Shown one piece after another: positions 13,001-28,115 of a stretch of 64,000 bases of DNA (position 1 is its first letter; each line of letters begins with the position of its first letter). Source of the stretch: the human T2T-CHM13v2.0 reference genome, Homo sapiens; assembly GCF_009914755.1 (NCBI RefSeq), contig NC_060946.1. The stretch is one strand, 5' to 3'. The notes beneath the pieces are model-generated. The model made no database searches. It saw only the letters and a program-made list of their open reading frames with translations, and had not been told where the DNA came from. A program made the position numbers and the translations under genes.

Positions 13001-16000
13001 ATCTCTGCACTGATCACCCAGGTGATGTAACTGTTGTGTAAACTCTGCCTACAGGGGAATTGTGAGAGATCTCGACACTGATTACCCAAGTGATGTAACC
13101 GTTGTCTAGGCTTTCATACAGGGGGCTTTGTGACATACCTTTGCACTGATCACCCAGGTGATGTAACACATCTAAGTTCGGCCTAAAGGAGCTTTGTGAC
13201 ATATCTCTGCACTGATCGCTTAGGTGATGTAACACTTTTATAATCACTGCCTACAGGGAATTTTGACAAACCTCTGCACTGATCACCTAGGTGATGTAAC
13301 TCTTGTCTACCCTCTGTCCAACGGGGCATTGTGAAATATCTCTGCACTGATCACCCAGGTGATTCAACTCTTGACTAGGAACTGCCTACAGAGGTTATTG
13401 TGAAGTATCTCTGCACTGATAAACTAGGTGGTGTAACCCTTGTCCAAGCTCTGCCTACAGGGGCTTTTCCACATATCCCTGAACTGATGACAGAGGTGAT
13501 GTAACTCTTGCCTAGGCTTTGCCTACAGGGAACATTGGACATATATCTGCACTGATCACCCAGGTGATGCAACTCTTGCCTAGGCTTTGCCTACAGGGGA
13601 CATTGTGACATATCTCTTCAATGATCACTCATGTGATGCATCTCTTCCCTAGGCTTTGCCTACAGGGGACATTGTGACATATCTCTGCACTGATCTCCCA
13701 GGTGCTGTAACTTTAGTCTAGGCTCTGGCTACACGGCATTGTGACATATCACTGCACTGATCAACCAGGTGATATAACTCTTGTATAGGCTCTGCCTACA
13801 GGGGGATTGTGACCTACCTCTGCACTGATCACCCAGGTGATATAACTCTTCTCTAGGATCTTCCTACAGGGTACTTTGTGACATATCCCTGCACTGATCA
13901 CCCAGGTGATCTATCTCTGGTCTAAGCTCTGCCTAAAGGGGCATTGTGACAGATCTCTGCACTGATCACTCAGGTGATGTAAGTATTGTCTAGGCTCTGC
14001 TTCAAGGGGCCTTGTCACATATCCCTGCACTGATCACCCAGGTGATGTAACTCTTGTCTAGGCTCTGCTTCCAGGGCATATTGTGACATATCTATGCACT
14101 GATCACCTTAGTGATGTAACACTTTGGTAGGCTCGGCCTACAGGGGAATCTTGACATATCTCTGCACTGTTAACCGAGGTGATTTAACTCTTGTCTAGGC
14201 TGTGCCCACAGGGGGATTGAGACATATCTCTGCACTGATCCCGAGGTGATACAACTCTTGCCTGGTGTCTGCCTACTGTGGACATTGTGACATATCTCTG
14301 CACTGATCTCCCAGGTGCTGTAACTTTAGTCAAGGCTCTGGCTACACGGCATTGTGACATATCACTGCACTGATCACCCAGGCGGTATAACTCTTCTCTA
14401 GGATCTGACCACATTGTGCTTTGTGACATATCCCTGCAATGATCACCCAGGTGATATACCACTTGCCAAGGCTCTGCCTACAGGGGCATTGCAATGTATC
14501 TCTGCACTGATCACCTAGGTCTTGTAGCTATTTTCTAGGATCTGCCTACATGGTGCTTTGTGACGTGTCCCAGCAAGGATTACCCAGGTGATGTACCTCT
14601 CATCAAGGCTCTGCCTACAGGCACATTGTGATGTATCTCTGCACTGATCACCTAGGTCATGTAAATTTTGTCTAGGCTCTACCTACGATGGCATTGTGAC
14701 ATATCTCTGCACTAATCATCCAAGTGATGTAACTCTTGTCTAGGATGTGCCTAAATTAACTTTTTGACATAACCCTGTACTGATCATCCAGGTGATGGAG
14801 CTTTTGTCTAGGCTCTGCCTAAGGGGGCATTGTGACATATTTCTGCATTGATCACCCAGGTGGCGAACTCTTCTCTCGGATCTGCCTATGGGGGCATTGT
14901 GAGAAATCTCTGCACTGATCACCCAGGTGATGTAACTGTTGTGTTAACTCTGCCTACAGGGGAATTGTGAGAGATCTCGCCACTGATTACCCAAGTGATG
15001 TAACCGTTGTCTAGGCTTTGCGTACAGGGGGCTTTGTGACATACCTTTGCACTGATCACCCAGGTGATGTAACACATCTAAGTTCGGCCTAAAGGAGCTT
15101 TGTGACATATCTCTGCACTGATCGCTTAGGTGATGTAACACTTTTATAATCACTGCCTACAGGGAATTTTGACAAATCTCTGCACTGATCACCTAGGTGA
15201 TGTAACTCTTGTCTACCCTCTGTCCAACGGGGCATTGTGAAATATCTCTGCACTGATCACCCAGTTGATTCAACTCTTGACTAGGAACTGCCTACAGAGG
15301 TTATTGTGAAATATCTCTGCACTGATAAACTAGGTGGTGTAACCCTTGTCCAAGCTCTGCCTACAGGGGCGTTTCCACATATCCCTGAACTGATGACAGA
15401 GGTGATGTAACTCTTGCCTAGGCTTTGCCTACAGGGAACATTGGACATATATCTGCACTGATCACCCAGGTGATGCAACTCTTGCCTAGGCTTTGCCTAC
15501 AGGGGACATTGTGACATATCTCTTCAATGATCACTCATGTGATGCATCTCTTGCCTAGGGTTTGCCTACAGGGGACATTGTGACATATCTCTGCACTGAT
15601 CTCCCAGGTGCTGTAACTTTAGTCTAGGCTCTGGCTACACGGCATTGTGACATATCACTGCACTGATCAACCAGGTGATATAACTCTTGTATAGGCTCTG
15701 CCTACAGGGGGATTGTGACCTACCTCTGCACTGATCACCCAGGTGATATAACTGTTCTCTAGCACCTTCCTACAGGGTACTTTGTGACATATCCCTGCAT
15801 TGATCACCCAGGTGATCTATCTCTGCTCTAAGCTCTGCCTAAAGGGGCATTGTGACAGATCTCTGCACTGATCACTCAGGTGATGTAAGTATTGTCTAGG
15901 CTCTGCTTCAAGGGGCCTTGTCACATATCTCTGCACTGATCACCCAGGTGATGTAACTCTTGTCTAGGCTCTGCTTCCAGGGCATATTGTGACATATCTA

Positions 16001-16679
16001 TGCACTGATCACCTTAGTGATGTAACACTTTGGTAGGCTCGTCCACAGGGGAATCTTGACATATCTCTGCACTGTTAACCGAGGTGATTTAACTCTTGTC
16101 TAGGCTGTGCCCACAGGGGGATTGAGACATATCTCTGCACTGATCCCGAGGTGATACAACTCTTGCCTGGTCTCTGCCTACTGTGGACATTGTGACATAT
16201 CTCTGCACTGATCTCCCAGGTGCTGTAACTTTAGTCTAGGCTCTTGCTACGCGGCATTGTGACATATCACTGCACTGATCACCCAGGCGATATAACTCTT
16301 CTCTAGGATCTGACCACAGGGTGCTTTGTGACATATCCCTGCAATGATCACCCAGGTGATATACCACTTGCCAAGGCTCTGCCTACAGGGGCATTGCAAT
16401 GTATCTCTGCACTGATCACCTAGGTCTTGTAGCTATTTTCTAGGATCTGCCTACAGGGTGCTTTGTGACGTGTCCCAGCAAGGATTACCCAGGTGATGTA
16501 CCTCTCATCAAGGCTCTGCCTACAGGCACATTGTGATGTATCTCTGCACTGATCACCTAGGTCATGTAACTTTTGTCTAGGCTCTACCTACGATGGCATT
16601 GTGACATATCTCTGCACTAATCATCCAAGTGATGTAACTCTTGTCTAGGATGTGCCTAAATTAACTTTTTGACATAACC

Positions 16680-19600
16680 CTGTACTGATCATCCAGGTGA
16701 TGGAGCTTTTGTCTAGGCTCTGCCTAAGGGGGCATTGTGACATATTTCTGCATTGATCACCCAGGTGGCGAACTCTTCTCTCGGATCTGCCTATGGGGGC
16801 ATTGTGAGAAATCTCTGCACTGATCACCCAGGTGATGTAACTGTTGTGTAACCTCTGCCTACAGGGGAATTGTGAGAGATCTCGTCACTGATTACCCAAG
16901 TGATATAACCGTTGTCTAGGCTTTGCATACAGGGGGCTTTGTGACATACCTTTGCACTGATCACTCAGGTGATGTAACACATCTAAGTTCGGCCTAAAGG
17001 AGCTTTGTGACATACCTCTGCACTGATCACTTAGGTGATGTAACACTTTTATAATCACTGCCTACAGGGAATTTTGACAAATCTCTGCACTGATCACCTA
17101 GGTGATGTAACTCTTGTCTACCCTCTGTCCAACGGGGCATTGTGAAATATCTCTGCACTGATCACCCAGGTGATTCAACTCTTGACTAGGAACTGCCTAC
17201 AGAGTTTATTGTGAAATATCTCTGCACTGATAAACAAGGTGGTGTAACCCTTGTCCAAGCTCTGCCTACAGGGGCGTTTCCACATATCCCTGAACTGATG
17301 ACAGAGGTGATGTAACTCTTGCCTAGGCTTTGCCTACAGGGAACATTGGACATATATCTGCACTGATCACCCAGGTGATGCAACTCTTGCCTAGGCTTTG
17401 CCTACAGGGGACATTGTGACATATCTCTTCAATGATCACTCATGTGATGCATCTCTTGCCTAGGCTTTGCCTACAGGGGACATTGTGACATATCTCTGCA
17501 CTGATCTCCCAGGTGCTGTAACTTTAGTCTAGGCTCTGGCTACACGGCATTGTGACATATCACTGCACTGATCAACCAGGTGATATAACTCTTGTATAGG
17601 CTCTGCCTACAGGGGGATTGTGACCTACCTCTGCACTGATCACCCAGGTGATATAACTCTTCTCTAGCACCTTCCTACAGGGTACTTTGTGACATATCTC
17701 TGCATTGATCACCCAGGTGATCTATCTCTGGTCTAAGCTCTGCCTAAAGGGGCATTGTGACAGATCTCTGCACTGATCACTCAGGTGATGGAAGTATTGT
17801 CTAGGCTCTGCTTCAAGGGGCCTTGTCACATATCCCTGCACTGATCACCCAGGTGATGTAACTCTTGTCTAGGCTCTGCTTCCAGGGCATATTGTGACAT
17901 ATCTATGCACTGATCACCTTAGTGATGTAACACTTTGGTAGGCTCGGCCTACAGGGGAATCTTGACATATCTCTGCACTGTTAACCGAGGTGATTTAACT
18001 CTTGTCTAGGCTGTGCCCACAGGGGGATTGAGACATATCTCTGCACTGATCCCGAGGTGATACAACTCTTGCCTGGTGTCTGTCTACTGTGGACATTGTG
18101 ACATATCTCTGCACTGATCTCCCAGGTGCTGTAACTTTAGTCAAGGCTCTGGCTACACGGCATTGTGACATATCACTGCACTGATCACCCAGGCGGTATA
18201 ACTCTTCTCTAGGATCTGACCACATTGTCCTTTGTGACATATCCCTGCAATGATCACCCAGGTGATATACCACTTGCCAAGGCTCTGCCTACAGGGGCAT
18301 TGCAATGTATCTCTGCACTGATCACCTAGGTCTTGTAGCTATTTTCTAGGATCTGCCTACATGGTGCTTTGTGACGTGTCCCAGTAAGGATTACCCAGGT
18401 GATGTACCTCTCATCAAGGCTCTGCCTACAGGCACATTGTGATGTATCTCTGCACTGATCACCTAGGTCATGTAAATTTTGTCTAGGCTCTACCTACGAT
18501 GGCATTGTGACATATCTCTGCACTAATCATCCAAGTGATGTAACTCTTGTCTAGGATGTGCCTAAATTAACTTTTTGACATAACCCTGTACTGATCATCC
18601 AGGTGATGGAGCTTTTGTCTAGGCTCTGCCTAAGGGGGCATTGTGACATATTTCTGCATTGATCACCCAGGTGGCGAACTCTTCTCTCGGATCTGCCTAT
18701 GGGGGCATTGTGAGAAATCTCTGCACTGATCACCCAGGTGATGTAACTGTTGTGTAACCTGTGCCTACAGGGGAATTGTGAGAGATCTCGTCACTGATTA
18801 CACAAGTGATGTAACCGTTGTCTAGGCTTTGCATACAGGGGGCTTTGTGACATACCTTTGCACTGATCACTCAGGTGATGTAACACATCTAAGTTCGGCC
18901 TAAAGGAGCTTTGTGACATACCTCTGCACTGATCACTTAGGTGATGTAACACTTTTATAATCACTGCCTACAGGGAATTTTGACAAATCTCTGCACTGAT
19001 CACCTAGGTGATGTAACTCTTGTCTACCCTCTGTCCAACTTGACATTGTGAAATATCTCTGCACTGATCACCCAGGTGATTCAACTCTTGACTAGGAACT
19101 GCCGACAGAGGTTATTGTGAAATATCTCTGCACTGATAAACTAGGTGGTGTAACCCTTGTCCAAGCTCTGCCTACAGGGGCGTTTCCACATATCCCTGAA
19201 CTGATGACAGAGGTGATGTAACTCTTGCCTAGGCTTTGCCTACAGGGAACATTGGACATATATCTGCACTGATCACCCAGGTGATGCAACTCTTGCCTAG
19301 GCTTTGCCTACAGGGGACATTGTGACATATCTCTTCAATGATCACTCATGTGATGCATCTCTTGCCTAGGCTTTGCCTACAGGGGACATTGTGACATATC
19401 TCTGCACTGATCTCCCAGGTGCTGTAACTTTAGTCTAGGCTCTGGCTACACGGCATTGTGACATATCACTGCACTGATCAACCAGGTGATATAACTCTTG
19501 TATAGGCTCTGCCTACAGGGGGATTGTGACCTACCTCTGCACTGATCACCCAGGGGATATAACTCTTCTCTAGCACCTTCCTACAGGGTACTTTGTGACA

Positions 19601-22600
19601 TATCCCTGCATTGATCACCCAGGTGATCTATCTCTGGTCTAAGCTCTGCCTAAAGGGGCATTGTGACAGATCTCTGCACTGATCACTCAGGTGATGTAAG
19701 TATTGTCTAGGCTCTGCTTCAAGGGGCCTTGTCACATATCCCTGCACTGATCACCCAGGTGATGTAACTCTTGTCTAGGCTCTGCTTCCAGGGCATATTG
19801 TCACATATCTATGCACTGATCACCTTAGTGATGTAACACTTTGGTAGGCTCGGCCTACAGGGGAATCTTGACATATCTCTGCACTGTTAACCGAGGTGAT
19901 TTAACTCTTGTCTAGGCTGTGCCCACAGGGGGATTGAGACATATCTCTGCACTGATCCCGAGGTGATACAACTCTTGCCTGGTCTCTGCCTACTGTGGAC
20001 ATTGTGACATATCTCTGCACTGATCTCCCAGGTGCTGTAACTTTAGTCTAGGCTCTGGCTACACGGCATTGTGACATATCACTGCACTGATCACCCAGGC
20101 GATATAACTCTTCTCTAGGATCTGACCACAGGGTGCTTTGTGACATATCCCTGCAATGATCACCCAGGTGATATACCACTTGCCAAGGCTCTGCCTACAG
20201 GGGCATTGCAATGTATCTCTGCACTGATCACCTAGGTCTTGTAGCTATTTTCTAGGATCTGCCTACAGGGTGCTTTGTGACGTGTCCCAGCAAGGATTAC
20301 CCAGGTGATGTACCTCTCATCAAGGCTCTGCCTACAGGCACATTGTGATGTATCTCTGCACTGATCACCTAGGTCATGTAAATTTTGTCTAGGCTCTACC
20401 TACGTTGGCATTGTGACATATCTCTGCACTAATCATCCAAGTGATGTAACTCTTGTCTAGGATGTGCCTAAATTAACTTTTTGACATAACCCTGTACTGA
20501 TCATCCAGGTGATGGAGCTTTTGTCTAGGCTCTGCCTAAGGGGGCATTGTGACATATTTCTGCATTGATCACCCAGGTGGCGAACTCTTCTCTCGGATCT
20601 GCCTATGGGGGCATTGTGAGAAATCTCTGCACTGATCACCCAGGTGATGTAACTGTTGTGTAAACTCTGCCTACAGGGGAATTGTGAGAGATCTCGACAC
20701 TGATTACCCAAGTGATGTAACCGTTGTCTAGGCTTTCATACAGGGGGCTTTGTGACATACCTTTGCACTGATCACCCAGGTGATGTAACACATCTAAGTT
20801 CGGCCTAAAGGAGCTTTGTGACATATCTCTGCACTGATCGCTTAGGTGATGTAACACTTTTATAATCACTGCCTACAGGGAATTTTGACAAACCTCTGCA
20901 CTGATCACCTAGGTGATGTAACTCTTGTCTACCCTCTGTCCAACGGGGCATTGTGAAATATCTCTGCACTGATCACCCAGGTGATTCAACTCTTGACTAG
21001 GAACTGCCTACAGAGGTTATTGTGAAATATCTCTGCACTGATAAACTAGGTGGTGTAACCCTTGTCCAAGCTCTGCCTACAGGGGCGTTTCCACATATCC
21101 CTGAACTGATGACAGAGGTGATGTAACTCTTGCCTAGGCTTTGCCTACAGGGAACATTGGACATATATCTGCACTGATCACCCAGGTGATGCAACTCTTG
21201 CCTAGGCTTTGCCTACAGGGGACATTGTGACATATCTCTTCAATGATCACTCATGTGATGCATCTCTTCCCTAGGCTTTGCCTACAGGGGACATTGTGAC
21301 ATATCTCTGCACTGATCTCCCAGGTGCTGTAACTTTAGTCTAGGCTCTGGATACACGGCATTGTGACATATCACTGCACTGATCAACCAGGTGATATAAC
21401 TCTTGTATAGGCTCTGCCTACAGGGGGATTGTGACCTACCTCTGCACTGATCACCCAGGTGATATAACTCTTCTCTAGGATCTTCCTACAGGGTACTTTG
21501 TGACATATCCCTGCACTGATCACCCAGGTGATCTATCTCTGGTCTAAGCTCTGCCTAAAGGGGCATTGTGACAGATCTCTGCACTGATCACTCAGGTGAT
21601 GTAAGTATTGTCTAGGCTCTGCTTCAAGGGGCCTTGTCACATATCCCTGCACTGATCACCCAGGTGATGTAACTCTTGTCTAGGCTCTGCTTCCAGGGCA
21701 TATTGTGACATATCTATGCACTGATCACCTTAGTGATGTAACACTTTGGTAGGCTCGGCCTAGAGGGGAATCTTGACATATCTCTGCACTGTTAACCGAG
21801 GTGATTTAACTCTTGTCTAGGCTGTGCCCACAGGGGGATTGAGACATATCTCTGCACTGATCCCGAGGTGATACAACTCTTGCCTGGTGTCTGCCTACTG
21901 TGGACATTGTGACATATCTCTGCACTGATCTCCCAGGTGCTGTAACTTTAGTCAAGGCTCTGGCTACACGGCATTGTGACATATCACTGCACTGATCACC
22001 CAGGCGGTATAACTCTTCTCTAGGATCTGACCACATTGTGCTTTGTGACATATCCCTGCAATGATCACCCAGGTGATATACCACTTGCCAAGGCTCTGCC
22101 TACAGGGGCATTGCAATGTATCTCTGCACTGATCACCTATGTCTTGTAGCTATTTTCTAGGATCTGCCTACATGGTGCTTTGTGACGTGTCCCAGCAAGG
22201 ATTACCCAGGTGATGTACCTCTCATCAAGGCTCTGCCTACAGGCACATTGTGATGTATCTCTGCACTGATCACCTAGGTCATGTAAATTTTGTCTAGGCT
22301 CTACCTACGATGGCATTGTGACATATCTCTGCACTAATCATCCAAGTGATGTAACCCTTGTCTAGGATGTGCCTAAATTAACTTTTTGACATAACCCTGT
22401 ACTGATCATCCAGGTGATGGAGCTTTTGTCTAGGCTCTGCCTAAGGGGGCATTGTGACATATTTCTGCATTGATCACCCAGGTGGCGAACTCTTCTCTCG
22501 GATCTGCCTATGGGGGCATTGTGAGAAATCTCTGCACTGATCACCCAGGTGATGTAACTGTTGTGTAACCTCTGCCTACAGGGGAATTGTGAGAGATCTC

Positions 22601-25600
22601 GTCACTGATTACCCAAGTGATATAACCGTTGTCTAGGCTTTGCATACAGGGGGCTTTGTGACATACCTTCGCACTGATCACTCAGGTGATGTAACACATC
22701 TAAGTTCGGCCTAAAGGAGCTTTGTGACATACCTCTGCACTGATCACTTAGGTGATGTAACACTTTTATAATCACTGCCTACAGGGAATTTTGACAAATC
22801 TCTGCACTGATCACCTAGGTGATGTAACTCTTGTCTACCCTCTGTCCAACGGGGCATTGTGAAATATCTCTGCACTGATCACCCAGGTGATTCAACTCTT
22901 GACTAGGAACTGCCTACAGAGTTTATTGTGAAATATCTCTGCACTGATAAACAAGGTGGTGTAACCCTTGTCCAAGCTCTGCCTACAGGGGCGTTTCCAC
23001 ATATCCCTGAACTGATGACAGAGGTGATGTAACTCTTGCCTAGGCTTTGCCTACAGGGAACATTGGACATATATCTGCACTGATCACCCAGGTGATGCAA
23101 CTCTTGCCTAGGCTTTGCCTACAGGGGACATTGTGACATATCTCTTCAATGATCACTCATGTGATGCATCTCTTGCCTAGGCTTTGCCTACAGGGGACAT
23201 TGTGACATATCTCTGCACTGATCTCCCAGGTGCTGTAACTTTAGTCTAGGCTCTGGCTACACGGCATTGTGACATATCACTGCACTGATCAACCAGGTGA
23301 TATAACTCTTGTATAGGCTCTGCCTACAGGGGGATTGTGACCTACCTCTGCACTGATCACCCAGGTGATATAACTCTTCTCTAGCACCTTCCTACAGGGT
23401 ACTTTGTGACATATCTCTGCATTGATCACCCAGGTGATCTATCTCTGGTCTAAGCTCTGCCTAAAGGGGCATTGTGACAGATCTCTGCACTGATCACTCA
23501 GGTGATGGAAGTATTGTCTAGGCTCTGCTTCAAGGGGCCTTGTCACATATCCCTGCACTGATCACCCAGGTGATGTAACTCTTGTCTAGGCTCTGCTTCC
23601 AGGGCATATTGTGACATATCTATGCACTGATCACCTTAGTGATGTAACACTTTGGTAGGCTCGGCCTACAGGGGAATCTTGACATATCTCTGCACTGTTA
23701 ACCGAGGTGATTTAACTCTTGTCTAGGCTGTGCCCACAGGGGGATTGAGACATATCTCTGCACTGATCCCGAGGTGATACAACTCTTGCCTGGTGTCTGT
23801 CTACTGTGGACATTGTGACATATCTCTGCACTGATCTCCCAGGTGCTGTAACTTTAGTCAAGGCTCTGGCTACACGGCATTGTGACATATCACTGCACTG
23901 ATCACCCAGGCGGTATAACTCTTCTCTAGGATCTGACCACATTGTCCTTTGTGACATATCCCTGCAATGATCACCCAGGTGATATACCACTTGCCAAGGC
24001 TCTGCCTACAGGGGCATTGCAATGTATCTCTGCACTGATCACCTAGGTCTTGTAGCTATTTTCTAGGATCTGCCTACATGGTGCTTTGTGACGTGTCCCA
24101 GTAAGGATTACCCAGGTGATGTACCTCTCATCAAGGCTCTGCCTACAGGCACATTGTGATGTATCTCTGCACTGATCACCTAGGTCATGTAAATTTTGTC
24201 TAGGCTCTACCTACGATGGCATTGTGACATATCTCTGCACTAATCATCCAAGTGATGTAACTCTTGTCTAGGATGTGCCTAAATTAACTTTTTGACATAA
24301 CCCTGTACTGATCATCCAGGTGATGGAGCTTTTGTCTAGGCTCTGCCTAAGGGGGCATTGTGACATATTTCTGCATTGATCACCCAGGTGGCGAACTCTT
24401 CTCTCGGATCTGCCTATGGGGGCATTGTGAGAAATCTCTGCACTGATCACCCAGGTGATGTAACTGTTGTGTAACCTGTGCCTACAGGGGAATTGTGAGA
24501 GATCTCGTCACTGATTACACAAGTGATGTAACCGTTGTCTAGGCTTTGCATACAGGGGGCTTTGTGACATACCTTTGCACTGATCACTCAGGTGATGTAA
24601 CACATCTAAGTTCGGCCTAAAGGAGCTTTGTGACATACCTCTGCACTGATCACTTAGGTGATGTAACACTTTTATAATCACTGCCTACAGGGAATTTTGA
24701 CAAATCTCTGCACTGATCACCTAGGTGATGTAACTCTTGTCTACCCTCTGTCCAACTTGACATTGTGAAATATCTCTGCACTGATCACCCAGGTGATTCA
24801 ACTCTTGACTAGGAACTGCCGACAGAGGTTATTGTGAAATATCTCTGCACTGATAAACTAGGTGGTGTAACCCTTGTCCAAGCTCTGCCTACAGGGGCGT
24901 TTCCACATATCCCTGAACTGATGACAGAGGTGATGTAACTCTTGCCTAGGCTTTGCCTACAGGGAACATTGGACATATATCTGCACTGATCACCCAGGTG
25001 ATGCAACTCTTGCCTAGGCTTTGCCTACAGGGGACATTGTGACATATCTCTTCAATGATCACTCATGTGATGCATCTCTTGCCTAGGCTTTGCCTACAGG
25101 GGACATTGTGACATATCTCTGCACTGATCTCCCAGGTGCTGTAACTTTAGTCTAGGCTCTGGCTACACGGCATTGTGACATATCACTGCACTGATCAACC
25201 AGGTGATATAACTCTTGTATAGGCTCTGCCTACAGGGGGATTGTGACCTACCTCTGCACTGATCACCCAGGGGATATAACTCTTCTCTAGCACCTTCCTA
25301 CAGGGTACTTTGTGACATATCCCTGCATTGATCACCCAGGTGATCTATCTCTGGTCTAAGCTCTGCCTAAAGGGGCATTGTGACAGATCTCTGCACTGAT
25401 CACTCAGGTGATGTAAGTATTGTCTAGGCTCTGCTTCAAGGGGCCTTGTCACATATCCCTGCACTGATCACCCAGGTGATGTAACTCTTGTCTAGGCTCT
25501 GCTTCCAGGGCATATTGTCACATATCTATGCACTGATCACCTTAGTGATGTAACACTTTGGTAGGCTCGGCCTACAGGGGAATCTTGACATATCTCTGCA

Positions 25601-28115
25601 CTGTTAACCGAGGTGATTTAACTCTTGTCTAGGCTGTGCCCACAGGGGGATTGAGACATATCTCTGCACTGATCCCGAGGTGATACAACTCTTGCCTGGT
25701 CTCTGCCTACTGTGGACATTGTGACATATCTCTGCACTGATCTCCCAGGTGCTGTAACTTTAGTCTAGGCTCTGGCTACACGGCATTGTGACATATCACT
25801 GCACTGATCACCCAGGCGATATAACTCTTCTCTAGGATCTGACCACAGGGTGCTTTGTGACATATCCCTGCAATGATCACCCAGGTGATATACCACTTGC
25901 CAAGGCTCTGCCTACAGGGGCATTGCAATGTATCTCTGCACTGATCACCTAGGTCTTGTAGCTATTTTCTAGGATCTGCCTACAGGGTGCTTTGTGACGT
26001 GTCCCAGCAAGGATTACCCAGGTGATGTACCTCTCATCAAGGCTCTGCCTACAGGCACATTGTGATGTATCTCTGCACTGATCACCTAGGTCATGTAAAT
26101 TTTGTCTAGGCTCTACCTACGTTGGCATTGTGACATATCTCTGCACTAATCATCCAAGTGATGTAACTCTTGTCTAGGATGTGCCTAAATTAACTTTTTG
26201 ACATAACCCTGTACTGATCATCCAGGTGATGGAGCTTTTGTCTAGGCTCTGCCTAAGGGGGCATTGTGACATATTTCTGCATTGATCACCCAGGTGGCGA
26301 ACTCTTCTCTCGGATCTGCCTATGGGGGCATTGTGAGAAATCTCTGCACTGATCACCCAGGTGATGTAACTGTTGTGTAAACTCTGCCTACAGGGGAATT
26401 GTGAGAGATCTCGACACTGATTACCCAAGTGATGTAACCGTTGTCTAGGCTTTCATACAGGGGGCTTTGTGACATACCTTTGCACTGATCACCCAGGTGA
26501 TGTAACACATCTAAGTTCGGCCTAAAGGAGCTTTGTGACATATCTCTGCACTGATCGCTTAGGTGATGTAACACTTTTATAATCACTGCCTACAGGGAAT
26601 TTTGACAAACCTCTGCACTGATCACCTAGGTGATGTAACTCTTGTCTACCCTCTGTCCAACGGGGCATTGTGAAATATCTCTGCACTGATCACCCAGGTG
26701 ATTCAACTCTTGACTAGGAACTGCCTACAGAGGTTATTGTGAAATATCTCTGCACTGATAAACTAGGTGGTGTAACCCTTGTCCAAGCTCTGCCTACAGG
26801 GGCGTTTCCACATATCCCTGAACTGATGACAGAGGTGATGTAACTCTTGCCTAGGCTTTGCCTACAGGGAACATTGGACATATATCTGCACTGATCACCC
26901 AGGTGATGCAACTCTTGCCTAGGCTTTGCCTACAGGGGACATTGTGACATATCTCTTCAATGATCACTCATGTGATGCATCTCTTCCCTAGGCTTTGCCT
27001 ACAGGGGACATTGTGACATATCTCTGCACTGATCTCCCAGGTGCTGTAACTTTAGTCTAGGCTCTGGATACACGGCATTGTGACATATCACTGCACTGAT
27101 CAACCAGGTGATATAACTCTTGTATAGGCTCTGCCTACAGGGGGATTGTGACCTACCTCTGCACTGATCACCCAGGTGATATAACTCTTCTCTAGGATCT
27201 TCCTACAGGGTACTTTGTGACATATCCCTGCACTGATCACCCAGGTGATCTATCTCTGGTCTAAGCTCTGCCTAAAGGGGCATTGTGACAGATCTCTGCA
27301 CTGATCACTCAGGTGATGTAAGTATTGTCTAGGCTCTGCTTCAAGGGGCCTTGTCACATATCCCTGCACTGATCACCCAGGTGATGTAACTCTTGTCTAG
27401 GCTCTGCTTCCAGGGCATATTGTGACATATCTATGCACTGATCACCTTAGTGATGTAACACTTTGGTAGGCTCGGCCTAGAGGGGAATCTTGACATATCT
27501 CTGCACTGTTAACCGAGGTGATTTAACTCTTGTCTAGGCTGTGCCCACAGGGGGATTGAGACATATCTCTGCACTGATCCCGAGGTGATACAACTCTTGC
27601 CTGGTGTCTGCCTACTGTGGACATTGTGACATATCTCTGCACTGATCTCCCAGGTGCTGTAACTTTAGTCAAGGCTCTGGCTACACGGCATTGTGACATA
27701 TCACTGCACTGATCACCCAGGCGGTATAACTCTTCTCTAGGATCTGACCACATTGTGCTTTGTGACATATCCCTGCAATGATCACCCAGGTGATATACCA
27801 CTTGCCAAGGCTCTGCCTACAGGGGCATTGCAATGTATCTCTGCACTGATCACCTATGTCTTGTAGCTATTTTCTAGGATCTGCCTACATGGTGCTTTGT
27901 GACGTGTCCCAGCAAGGATTACCCAGGTGATGTACCTCTCATCAAGGCTCTGCCTACAGGCACATTGTGATGTATCTCTGCACTGATCACCTAGGTCATG
28001 TAAATTTTGTCTAGGCTCTACCTACGATGGCATTGTGACATATCTCTGCACTAATCATCCAAGTGATGTAACCCTTGTCTAGGATGTGCCTAAATTAACT
28101 TTTTGACATAACCCT
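16680..28115 (+). repeat. Recent tandem duplication of a 3-HOR (5,717-bp) block
   Basis: Rare variants recur exactly 5,717 bp apart: 18083/23800, 20405/26122, 21351/27068, 21763/27480, 22140/27857, 22356/28073. The junction lies within about 22357-22439, so the ends are uncertain by about 40 bp. Confidence 0.85.
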
